Source: Nitrospinaceae bacterium
GTDB taxonomy: Bacteria; UBA8248
Assembly: GCA_018669005.1 (NCBI GenBank)
Contig: JABJAL010000103.1
Coordinates: 42,931-106,930, forward strand
DNA length: 64,000 bases
Direction: 5' to 3'
The notes below the pieces were generated by a model. That model made no database searches. It saw nothing but the letters and a program-made list of their open reading frames with translations, and had not been told where the DNA came from. The number at the start of each line of letters is the position of its first letter. Within the stretch, counting starts at the first letter, position 1. The position numbers and the translations under genes were made by a program. Positions 1 to 7,661 of the stretch are shown one piece after another.

Positions 1-306
1 GGTGTAAATCCCTTGTTTTCGTGATGAGGGGGAAACATAAACGTTCTGTATCCACCAGTAATATCCGTTGTTCCAATCACTCCATTCGAGAGTAACGCGT
101 ATCTGGCCTACCGAATCACCGGAGCTTTTTTCTTCAGCTAGAAAATATTTCCCTTTTTCTGGGTTGCCAAGAGACATTTCAACGCCTTGGCGGACGACCT
201 CTGGTGGGAGTTTCAGACTTTCGCTCTCAAGTGCCATCTCGATATTGAAGCGAACGATGATGTTTATGTCGTCTGCGAGCGCGGGCCGAATATTAATGCT
301 GTCCAA
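1..306 (-). CDS. GNAT family N-acetyltransferase (N-terminal part; gene runs off the left edge)
   Basis: Not in the ORF track because there is no stop in the window. The minus-strand frame from TTG 306-304, preceded by AGGAG (317-313), reads LDSINIRPALADDINIIVRFNIEMALESESLKL...GQIRVTLEWSDWNNGYYWWIQNVYVSPSSRKQGIYT. The V-x-V-x-P-x-x-R-x-x-GI pattern is the GNAT acetyl-CoA motif. The + ORF 68-376 is its antisense shadow. Confidence 0.7.
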   Translation of the reverse strand, partial: MDSINIRPALADDINIIVRFNIEMALESESLKLPPEVVRQGVEMSLGNPEKGKYFLAEEKSSGDSVGQIRVTLEWSDWNNGYYWWIQNVYVSPSSRKQGIYT

Positions 307-421
307 AATATACTCCTGTAGGTGTTGGTGCTGGCTTGTATTAGAGAGTTTCAGATTGTATCTCACTGAAAGATAAAACCATTTTCGGATAATAATTTCC
401 ACCGTAGGTCAATTTTTTCCT

Positions 422-439
422 TATTAACATTCGTTAATA
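422..439. promoter_or_regulatory. Perfect inverted repeat TATTAAC-attc-GTTAATA (candidate operator)
   Basis: 7-bp perfect arms with a 4-bp spacer, in the AT-rich divergent intergenic region between the GNAT gene (start 306) and the NPCAAK-repeat gene (start 691). Confidence 0.35.
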
Positions 440-690
440 GGCAATACTGGGGCGGGAATCATCAAAATAGAATTCAGATGCTCTAACCGGGAATAATATA
501 GGTCCCAGAATCGTTCTCTCTCTTATAGCCTGATAATGGCGGCTTTTAGGAGAGAAAATATCCTAGGGGAGGGTGTGAAGCCGCATGATGGTGCCCCTAA
601 CGATAAAAAAGTCTTTTTTAAGGCGCTTTCCGCGTAGTGCGGGAGCGTTTAACCATGCAACCTTGATTTTTGGGAAAACGGAGGATACAC

Positions 691-960
691 ATGATGAAAA
701 TGCTCAAAGTTATGTTTCTGGGATTTGCCGTCACCTCGCTTCTTATGATTAGTGGCATTTCGGCGGAAGCGGCGTCCAACCCTTGCGCTGCGAAAAATCC
801 GTGCAATCCTTGCGCTGCGAAGAATCCTTGTGCCGCGAAGAATCCTTGTGCCGCGAAGAACCCTTGTGCCGCGAAGAACCCTTGCGCTGCCAAGAATCCC
901 TGTGCTGCGAAGAACCCTTGCGCCGCGAAGAATCCTTGCAACCCCTGCGCAAAAAAATAA
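691..960 (+). CDS. Secreted Cys-rich mini-protein made of NPCAAK hexapeptide repeats
   Basis: ATG 691 lies 5 nt after GGAGGA (680-685); the ORF-track TTG 670 is a less likely start. Signal peptide MMKMLKVMFLGFAVTSLLMISGISAEA, then NPCAAK-NPC-(NPCAAK)x7-NPC-NPCAKK. Repeat units differ only at synonymous positions. Confidence 0.8.
   Translation: MMKMLKVMFLGFAVTSLLMISGISAEAASNPCAAKNPCNPCAAKNPCAAKNPCAAKNPCAAKNPCAAKNPCAAKNPCAAKNPCNPCAKK
778..957 (+). repeat. In-frame 18-nt tandem repeat (nine full units plus two 9-nt half units) encoding NPCAAK
   Basis: Units of the form aa(t/c) cc(t/c/g) tg(c/t) gc(t/c/a) gc(g/c) aa(g/a). The other frames and strand yield the spurious repeat ORFs in the track (GFFAAQ, RILRGT and similar). 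Confidence 0.95.
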
Positions 961-989
961 TTTTGTCTGCCTGAGCAAGGTGGATAATC

Positions 990-1029
990 CCCCGGAGGAG
1001 AGGGTATCCTTTTCCTTCGGGGTTTTTTT
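990..1029 (+). terminator. Rho-independent terminator
   Basis: A roughly 15-bp stem, CCCCGGAGGAGAGGG / CCTTTTCCTTCGGGG (three G-U pairs), with loop TAT, followed by T7. It lies 30 nt after the stop of the repeat gene. Confidence 0.8.
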
Positions 1030-1078
1030 GTCCTGTTTTGTGGTTTTCTAATAAAATTGTTTTTTTCTGAGAGAGTCG

Positions 1079-2344
1079 ATGAAACGCCTCGGCATTTTAA
1101 GTTCTACTATTTTGGTTTTCTTGCTTGCGGGATTGAATTTTCAATTGCCAGTTCGTTTATCCTCTGCCGCCGAAAAAAAATCTATTTCGGCTTGGAAGTC
1201 TGCCGCTGAATTCGCGAAACAACATTGGCGTACACCAGTTCCTCCGATGGGGAAGGCTCCGGCGTCTCACAAAAAACGTGAGCGCTCCTTGCTTCCCGAG
1301 GATTGTGGTAGTTGCCATCCAGACCAATACAAGCAATGGAAAACGACACTTCATGCCGGAGCGATGAGCCCTGGTATTTACGGTCAGACCGTAGATCTGT
1401 GGGCAAATAATCCTGGTTCCGCTCAAAGTTGTAATGAGTGTCATGCACCGCTAGCCGAGCAGCAGAAAAAATCCCTGGCGGGCATCGGGCCTCTCGCTTC
1501 ATGGAAAAAGAATCCGGCTCATATATTGAAACTCGAAATGGCCGGGCTGGCTTGCGCTGCCTGCCATGTACGAAACTGGCGAGTCTACGGCCCCCCGAAG
1601 CGCGAAACAAAGGTCGGAATTAATGATGCAACATCAACCGGGGAGCACGGTGGGGTGGAGCGTACCCCGTTTTTTGAGCGCGCCGAGTTTTGTATGGGTT
1701 GTCATCAGTTCGAGGGCGGTGGGCCGAACGGAAAATCCATCCAGAATACCTATAATGAATGGAAGGCGAGTATCTGGGCCAAGGAGGGGGTTCAGTGTCA
1801 GAACTGCCATATGCCCAAGCGAGCACATCTTTGGCGCGGCATACACGATAAAGAAATGGCGCAGAGCGCTGTTACCCTGGATGTTGAACTCGAAGACAAA
1901 GCTCCTAAAGATATTGTCTCGGCCAAAATCATTCTTACCAACACGGGTGCTGGCCATTATTTTCCAACATACATCACGCCCTCGGTTGATGTTATCGCAT
2001 GGTTAGAGGACAAAAACGGAGCTGCCCTTCCGGGGAGCCAGGTGGTTGAGATTATTGAGCGGAAACTTTCTTCTGATTTTAGTCGCGAAATTTACGATAA
2101 ACGCATTCCCCCACAAGAAGCGTTCATCATGAACTATCGTCGGGGAAGGCCCCCTGAGGCCGCCACCCTTCGCGTTCGGGTACGTGTTCGACCTGATTCT
2201 TTCTATCTTGGATTTTTCAAAGCAACGCTCGGAGGCCGGGGACTTTCCAAAAAAGCAAGAAAACTCCTTGAGGAAGCCAAACGGCGTGCGGAAAATTCGC
2301 CGTTTGATATTTTCGATGATCGGATAGAACTGGATAAAGGGTAG
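1079..2344 (+). CDS. Pentahaem c-type cytochrome, periplasmic
   Basis: N-terminal signal/anchor MKRLGILSSTILVFLLAGLNF. Five CxxCH motifs are present: CGSCH, CNECH, CAACH, CMGCH, CQNCH. The C-terminal part has a TNTGAGHYFPT motif seen in multihaem cytochrome families. Confidence 0.85.
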   Translation: MKRLGILSSTILVFLLAGLNFQLPVRLSSAAEKKSISAWKSAAEFAKQHWRTPVPPMGKAPASHKKRERSLLPEDCGSCHPDQYKQWKTTLHAGAMSPGIYGQTVDLWANNPGSAQSCNECHAPLAEQQKKSLAGIGPLASWKKNPAHILKLEMAGLACAACHVRNWRVYGPPKRETKVGINDATSTGEHGGVERTPFFERAEFCMGCHQFEGGGPNGKSIQNTYNEWKASIWAKEGVQCQNCHMPKRAHLWRGIHDKEMAQSAVTLDVELEDKAPKDIVSAKIILTNTGAGHYFPTYITPSVDVIAWLEDKNGAALPGSQVVEIIERKLSSDFSREIYDKRIPPQEAFIMNYRRGRPPEAATLRVRVRVRPDSFYLGFFKATLGGRGLSKKARKLLEEAKRRAENSPFDIFDDRIELDKG

Positions 2345-2410
2345 TGAAATTCAGGAGATTGTTTTATCTCTCTTGAGTAGCCTTGCCACCTAGAAATTTA
2401 ACCGGGAAAA

Positions 2411-3526
2411 CTAATCCTCTAGCTCTTCGGGTTCGATGGGAAGGCGCACGGCCTCGCCTCGCCTGGCTGAAAGATCCATGGCTTTTGAGATGATCAGATT
2501 CCGGTGTCCGTCGGCTGCGGTGGCGTGCGGGGTGTCGCGATCACTATGAACTCGGGATAACCATGTGAGAGTTTCGTCTCGGATGGGCCCCCAATGTTGA
2601 CCAAAGGCGAAATCGCCTGCAGGATAGCTTTCGAGAAAATCGACGTTTCGCTTTATATCAGGGGTGTAGCCCGCTGGTTGGCCTTTCTCGGTGGCGAGCA
2701 CTTGATCTCGATGGGTGTCGTCGATGGTGAGCACACCTTCTGTTCCCACAATACCAAATTCGTTGCTGCAAACCGAACCTGGCCAGATTTCTGGCAGGGC
2801 CCAATTGATAGACATGCTCAATATGGTTCCGTCCTCGAAAGTGACGATGCCGAATGTGGCGTCCTTTGTGCCGAGTGGTGCCATTGTTTTTGATACCGAG
2901 CTTGCGTAGATCTGGACAGGTTTTTTCTCTTCAAGAAACCACAATGACAAATCCAGGGTGTGTGTGCCGGCAATTACCATGGGTGTAAATTTAGCGGCGT
3001 CGTCCGCACGTTTAACGATGGCAGATGAGGCAATACGGTTCATGAATGCCCGGGTTGTCATCGAGGTGACGTCGCCGAGCTGGCCCGTCATGATCCTTTC
3101 CCTTGCCGTGAGAAAGCGGCGGAGGAAGCGTCTAGTGTAGCCTACGACGGCGTCAACGCCGGTGGATTGAAGAGTCTTGAGGACTTTGGCCGATTCGCGG
3201 GCATCAACGGCCAGGGGCTTTTCGACCATGATGGCATGGCCCGCCTCTGCAGCGGCGAGCACCGGCTCGACATGATTTTTTTCATCCGTGGCAACGATGA
3301 CAGCGTTTGCTTCAGGGCAGTCGAAAAGTTCCCGATAGTCGGTCGTGAAAAAGTCAGCCTTGATTTCCTCTGCGAAGGCTTTGCCGAATTCTTCATTATG
3401 ATCGCAGACACCCAGCCACCCGAGGCCGCCGAATTCCCGGGCGATTTGAGCCCGGGTGCGTCCAATCATGCCGCAGCCCACAAGAGCCAAGCCGACGGGT
3501 TGGTGGGTTTTTGTCTCCTCGCTCAT
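2411..3526 (-). CDS. Gfo/Idh/MocA family oxidoreductase
   Basis: N-terminal Rossmann motif LALVGCGMIGRT plus an EKPLA motif. Length is typical for the family. Confidence 0.8.
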   Translation of the reverse strand: MSEETKTHQPVGLALVGCGMIGRTRAQIAREFGGLGWLGVCDHNEEFGKAFAEEIKADFFTTDYRELFDCPEANAVIVATDEKNHVEPVLAAAEAGHAIMVEKPLAVDARESAKVLKTLQSTGVDAVVGYTRRFLRRFLTARERIMTGQLGDVTSMTTRAFMNRIASSAIVKRADDAAKFTPMVIAGTHTLDLSLWFLEEKKPVQIYASSVSKTMAPLGTKDATFGIVTFEDGTILSMSINWALPEIWPGSVCSNEFGIVGTEGVLTIDDTHRDQVLATEKGQPAGYTPDIKRNVDFLESYPAGDFAFGQHWGPIRDETLTWLSRVHSDRDTPHATAADGHRNLIISKAMDLSARRGEAVRLPIEPEELED

Positions 3527-3701
3527 AGCGGCTCCTGTTTCATTAAACAGAATAGATTTAAGTTCTCGTGAATTTTCGGATAACTGAATTCTAGCACACG
3601 GTTGGCTGCCTCTGCATGTTGATCTGGATTTAGGGTCAAATTTTATACAAATAAAGTTCAGGATCTGGAGAGGTGTTTAAGATTTGCAGGGAAACAGGTG
3701 G

Positions 3702-4463
3702 CTAGAGGAGTCCATATATGAATTTTGCGACTAACGTTATTCCGACGAGACCGAGAAGGCTGAGGACCATACGCTCGAATCCGGATTCTGAGAGCGATTG
3801 GCGAAAACGATTACCGATCCACATTCCGAGAACGGCAGGTGCGAGAAGAAAAAGACTCTGCCAGCCCGCGCCAGATGCATAAGCGCCAAGGCCTGCGAAT
3901 GTGACAATCTGCGTGAAGATAAGAGTTGTCGAAACGCAATTGAGAAGAAAAACAAAAGCATCCTTCGGGACGGAAATGTAATTAAGGTACAGCACAAGAG
4001 TCGGGGCAGGCATCATTAGTGCGCCATGGAGAAAACCGGTCGCCGCTCCCCAGGCAACTGAAAGGGGGTGTCCGACATGCTCTGTTTTCTTCTCGGGCTT
4101 CCAGCCGCCGAGTCGCATGGCGACAACGATAAAAACACTAGCCCCGATGGCGGCCCGGGTGATGTCCTCGGGAAGCCAGACGACGAGGCGGACACCGATG
4201 GGCACGAAAAATATGCACGCAGGGAGAAAAACGAAGATTCGCGGTGTCTGGCGCCACTCAGAACGGGTGAGTATGAGGGCGTAGATGTTGAGAAGAAGTA
4301 TAGGCACCGCCATCCATGCCATGGCATCCTTAGGAGGAATTACGACAGAGAGAAAGGGAACGGTCGATACGATGAGGCCAAAGCCCATTGTCCCTTTGGC
4401 AAATCCACCAAAGACCATAACGATGAAAAGAAAAATCATGAGAATTACGGGAATTTCAGTCAC
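3702..4463 (-). CDS. TauE/SafE (TSUP) family anion exporter membrane protein
   Basis: Polytopic membrane protein of 253 aa. The N-terminus FGGFAKGTMGFGLIVSTVPFL is typical of TSUP/TauE proteins. Confidence 0.7.
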   Translation of the reverse strand: MTEIPVILMIFLFIVMVFGGFAKGTMGFGLIVSTVPFLSVVIPPKDAMAWMAVPILLLNIYALILTRSEWRQTPRIFVFLPACIFFVPIGVRLVVWLPEDITRAAIGASVFIVVAMRLGGWKPEKKTEHVGHPLSVAWGAATGFLHGALMMPAPTLVLYLNYISVPKDAFVFLLNCVSTTLIFTQIVTFAGLGAYASGAGWQSLFLLAPAVLGMWIGNRFRQSLSESGFERMVLSLLGLVGITLVAKFIYGLL

Positions 4464-4550
4464 AGATGTTTCCTTGGTTCGAATGGAAATCTGAGATTAT
4501 GTGAATAAACAACAACCGAGCCCGGGGACTCTAGCATAGGTGGGCATTGA

Positions 4551-5150
4551 TCACTCCTCTCTATCCTTTTTGAGACGCGAAAGTGCTGCTGTCAGTTCGG
4601 GCGACCCATCGGGTTCTTGCTCGACTATGCCGAAAGCGTAGTTTAGCCGGTTGGCGTAGGTGCGATAACTGGCGCAGGCAATGACATCGACTACATTGTC
4701 TTCGCTGAGCCCAACAGCGCGGAGGGTGTCAATATCGGCCTCTGCGATGGTATGGGGGCTCAGGGTGATTTTAAGGGCGAGCGCACAAATAGCCCGGTCA
4801 GCCCCATCAAGTATCCTTGCGTTTTCGGGGGAGAGTAGGACCTCGGCCAAATCGGCCTCCGAGGTGTTTTCGCTATGACCATGGAACGACCATCCGTGGT
4901 TAATCGCTCAGCCATATCAGCCGCCGTGAGCTGCGACGAAAAATGCTAGCATCTGCTCTCGCCGTACTCCTAGTGTGCTCCCCCCGTAGGCGGCGTTTCT
5001 GAGTGTTTCACGCCCCGAGAGGACTTCGGAACGCCGCCCGAGGGCAAGAAGAAATTTCGAGACGGGTCGGCCCCCGGCCCGAATTTTATCGATAATTTCC
5101 TTTGAGGCGCCTTTGGCTTCATCCAGTTTCATGGGGTGTATCCAGTTCAT
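4551..5150 (-). CDS. AhpD/carboxymuconolactone-decarboxylase-family peroxidase-related enzyme, candidate selenoprotein (UxxU)
   Basis: ORFs 4917-5150 and 4551-4850 are in the same frame. The join reads ...REQMLAFFVAAHGG-TGA-Y-G-TGA-AINHGWSFHG..., and the two TGAs (4919-4917, 4910-4908) sit exactly on the CxxCxxxH catalytic cysteines of this family. AGGAG lies 7 nt before ATG 5150. A SECIS-like hairpin follows. Confidence 0.6.
4878..4900 (-). other. SECIS-like stem-loop downstream of the in-frame TGA codons
   Basis: mRNA ACCACGGA-UGGUCGU-UCCAUGGU forms an 8-bp stem with one C.A mismatch and a 7-nt loop containing GGUC. It begins 8 nt after the second TGA and 17 nt after the first. Confidence 0.45.
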
Positions 5151-5265
5151 ATGTCATCTCCTGGCGATGAGTTAGGGCCATTTTCGGACTGCCGCCCCCT
5201 CGTAAAAAAAATATGAGCCTAAAACCCTTATTTTTCGGGCGTTCTGTATTTTTTTAAATAATTAC

Positions 5266-5292
5266 TAAAGATATCATTAATATCGACCGTAG
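5266..5292 (+). promoter_or_regulatory. Possible sigma-28-like promoter (TAAAGATA-N11-GACCGTAG)
   Basis: It shares TAAAG-N11-ATCGAC with the element at 11654-11680, at identical spacing. The -10 half matches only 4/8 of GCCGATAA. It lies about 40 nt upstream of the 64-aa YjfB-like ORF. Confidence 0.3.
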
Positions 5293-5333
5293 ATAGTAAC
5301 GGGTGGCCAATTAATTTTTTCGAGGATAAGGAG

Positions 5334-5528
5334 ATGTATATTAAGCCCGTACAAGTAGGACCAAGTTCTCATGCAATAGCCCGAGGGGGCGGAGGTGGTA
5401 AACCCGCGTCACAGAATGCGGCTCTTCAGTTGATCATGTCTGCTGTGGAGGTATCGACGACCTCCACAAAACAGGCGGTGGCGGCAGCCGTATCGGGCAG
5501 AGGATCGAGTATCAATACTCACGCCTGA
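5334..5528 (+). CDS. Small YjfB-like (putative motility-associated) protein
   Basis: 64 aa. GAGGA lies 7 nt upstream of the ATG. The C-terminal ...SGRGSSINTHA matches the tail shared with ORFs 11729, 12365 and 13130 and resembles the G-x-x-I-D-I-x-A end of YjfB-type proteins. Confidence 0.5.
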   Translation: MYIKPVQVGPSSHAIARGGGGGKPASQNAALQLIMSAVEVSTTSTKQAVAAAVSGRGSSINTHA

Positions 5529-5579
5529 AAATTTTTAAGCCTCATATCTTGCGGCTTCTAAAGGGTGTGTTTTGCCCTA

Positions 5580-6443
5580 TCACTTTTCCTCACACATGCA
5601 TCGAAATCCAAATAGCAGGTGGCGAGCTCTCGGAGATCGGCCATGCCGCGAGGCGGCCCGAGTGATGCCCGGCTGATCGTCCCAAGAGCCCCCACCTTTC
5701 ATAACGCCCCGTCCAGGGTCAAAATCGCTCGAAGTCCACTCGAAAACGTTGCCCGCCATATCGAGAACCCCGTACGGGCTGGCACCCTTTGTGTAAGTGC
5801 CAATTGGGGTAGTTCCTTTGTGATGGTAGGCGTGATTTAAACGAGCGGGGTCGAATCGATTACCCCAAGGAAAATAAGCGCCTTGTGTGCCGCGAGCGGC
5901 TTTTTCCCACTCGGCCTCGGTGGGGAGGCGCAAGTGCTTGCCGCCGGATTTTCCCCTGCGCCAGGCGCACATGGCCTCGCCATCTAATCGACTGACGAGG
6001 ACGACGGGATGGCGCTCAAGGCCAGCAGGGTGGGTCGGTTTGCCGCCCGCGTCTTTTAACCATAGGTATCGGCGCACAGCCTTGTAGGGATGAACGAGAT
6101 ATCCTTGTCGCTGATAGTCTTCAGGGGAAATGAAAGGTGCAGGGTGGCCAGTCTCCCGAACAAAAAATTGATATTCGCTTTGGGTAACGAGATTCTTGTC
6201 GATGAAATAATTTTTTAAAAAGAGCTGTTTGCGGGGAAGTTCCCATGCATCAAACCATCGGCCTTTTCGTGCGGCGTTGCTGCCGATGCGGTAGGCGAGA
6301 TCCCTCTCGGCCCGGTCACTTCCCATCCAAAAATGTCCCGCTGGTATTTTGATGAGAGAGTTGTCGCCGCTGCAGGGTTCACCACTGACCATGCCAGGCA
6401 GGGAAATCCAAAAAAATAGCGCTACGGTTAATGCTGCCCTCAT
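5580..6443 (-). CDS. Formylglycine-generating-enzyme (SUMF1/FGE) family protein, secreted
   Basis: Signal peptide MRAALTVALFFWISLPGMVSG. Family motifs present: FWMGS, HPVVLVS, RLPTEAEWEKAARG, GNVFEWTSS, GGSW. Confidence 0.8.
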   Translation of the reverse strand: MRAALTVALFFWISLPGMVSGEPCSGDNSLIKIPAGHFWMGSDRAERDLAYRIGSNAARKGRWFDAWELPRKQLFLKNYFIDKNLVTQSEYQFFVRETGHPAPFISPEDYQRQGYLVHPYKAVRRYLWLKDAGGKPTHPAGLERHPVVLVSRLDGEAMCAWRRGKSGGKHLRLPTEAEWEKAARGTQGAYFPWGNRFDPARLNHAYHHKGTTPIGTYTKGASPYGVLDMAGNVFEWTSSDFDPGRGVMKGGGSWDDQPGITRAASRHGRSPRARHLLFGFRCMCEEK

Positions 6444-6480
6444 GGGTTTTCTTACCCGAGTTATTTTATCTGAGAGGCGT

Positions 6481-6936
6481 TTATCGTGCGTCTTGCACGA
6501 TTTTCGCGAAGATCACGTCAAGCTCGGCGGCCATTTTATCGAGGTCGGCGCTTCCGTAGGGACGGAAAACATCGCTCGGTTTTTTGTAGGTAATTGTCGC
6601 CGTGCCATCGGTATTTTCGTAAAGATAGATTCGAATCGGCGCCTCGATTCCCGCCGGTATGCTCGCCTGGAGCATTCGAACGGCAAAGCGTGGATGATAT
6701 ACACCAAAAACCCGGTTGCCCTTAATTTTAACGCCTATTGCCGCTGCACCATGCGTAGCACTCGCTTTGCTGACGAGTCCCATCTTGTTTTTCCTGATGG
6801 CGGCGGTTAGGTCTTTTTCTGTTTGAAGAAATGGCGCCTTGGTCTTGAAGCGAGGCATTTCACCGGTGTGGGCAGGGCTGGTCGTGAGCAGGGTAATTGA
6901 AAAGAACATGGCGAAAATAACGGCTAAATTACGCAT
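6481..6936 (-). CDS. DUF302 domain protein, secreted
   Basis: Signal peptide, then a GIEAPIRIYLYENTDGTATITYKKPS core typical of DUF302. Confidence 0.65.
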   Translation of the reverse strand: MRNLAVIFAMFFSITLLTTSPAHTGEMPRFKTKAPFLQTEKDLTAAIRKNKMGLVSKASATHGAAAIGVKIKGNRVFGVYHPRFAVRMLQASIPAGIEAPIRIYLYENTDGTATITYKKPSDVFRPYGSADLDKMAAELDVIFAKIVQDAR

Positions 6937-7064
6937 TCGATAATTCCCTCTTTTTCTAGGGGGTAGCCCACCGTGAATAATTTCCCTCGGATGATGTTAT
7001 TCTTTCCAGAGGGGAGATGTATCGTCCATTTGGGCCGAAAATCACTCTATAGTGGAAAAACAAT

Positions 7065-7661
7065 ATGCACACGAAAGTATTCCGTATTGCGGCACTCCTT
7101 TTTCTGATTGCCTTTTTTGCGATGGCGATAGAGCAGACCGCAACGGCGGCCCCAGTGTTCAACAAGCTTCTTCTTGCTCCCGAGGGCTCGACGCCACCCA
7201 AGGATTTTTCCTACCCGGCCCTTGATGGCAAAAAACGTACCTTGACCGAATTTCGGGGAAAGGTGGTTTTCCTCGTTTTTTTCGCCACCTGGTGTCCTTT
7301 ATGTAATGAGGAAATGCCCGCACTCGTTCGACTCTATGAAAAATACAAAGAGCGCGGGCTCACAGTGGTTGCCGTATCAATCGACCGTGCTCCGGTTTCT
7401 CTTGTTAAGGCTTGGAGCGCCTCTAAAAAGCTGACTTATCCTGTTCTCCACGACCAAAAGTTCGCATCGAGGCTTCGTTATAACATTCGAAATGTCCCGA
7501 CAATCTACGTTCTTGATCGAGATTTAAATCTTGCCGCCTGGACTGTGGGCCGCGTGAGCTGGAAGGGGAAAAAGGCGACCGCACTAATTGAAAAGCTTCT
7601 CGAAAAACGTACGACCTCCTCTCAGTGGCCCCCGGGAAAGAAAACTGCCAGCCTACGCTGA
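7065..7661 (+). CDS. TlpA/ResA-like thiol:disulfide oxidoreductase (redoxin), periplasmic
   Basis: Signal/anchor sequence followed by the thioredoxin-fold active site FFATWCPLCNEEMP. Confidence 0.8.
   Translation: MHTKVFRIAALLFLIAFFAMAIEQTATAAPVFNKLLLAPEGSTPPKDFSYPALDGKKRTLTEFRGKVVFLVFFATWCPLCNEEMPALVRLYEKYKERGLTVVAVSIDRAPVSLVKAWSASKKLTYPVLHDQKFASRLRYNIRNVPTIYVLDRDLNLAAWTVGRVSWKGKKATALIEKLLEKRTTSSQWPPGKKTASLR

Noticed and set aside
68-376. 102-aa plus-strand ORF at the left edge
   Set aside because: It lies antisense to a much more convincing minus-strand GNAT acetyltransferase frame (SD plus TTG at 306, GNAT motif A). Its sequence has no family features.
778-957. Possible CRISPR array (regular short repeats); the same question applies to 23048-23173
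   Set aside because: The periods are 18 nt and 6 nt with no unique spacers, and both tracts are in frame within ORFs. No cas genes are in the window.
618-978. Six overlapping ORFs in other frames and on the other strand across the 18-nt repeat (GFFAAQ, RILRGT, SLCREE repeats and similar)
   Set aside because: They are frame shadows of the same tandem repeat. Only the 691-960 frame has an SD, a signal peptide and a downstream terminator.
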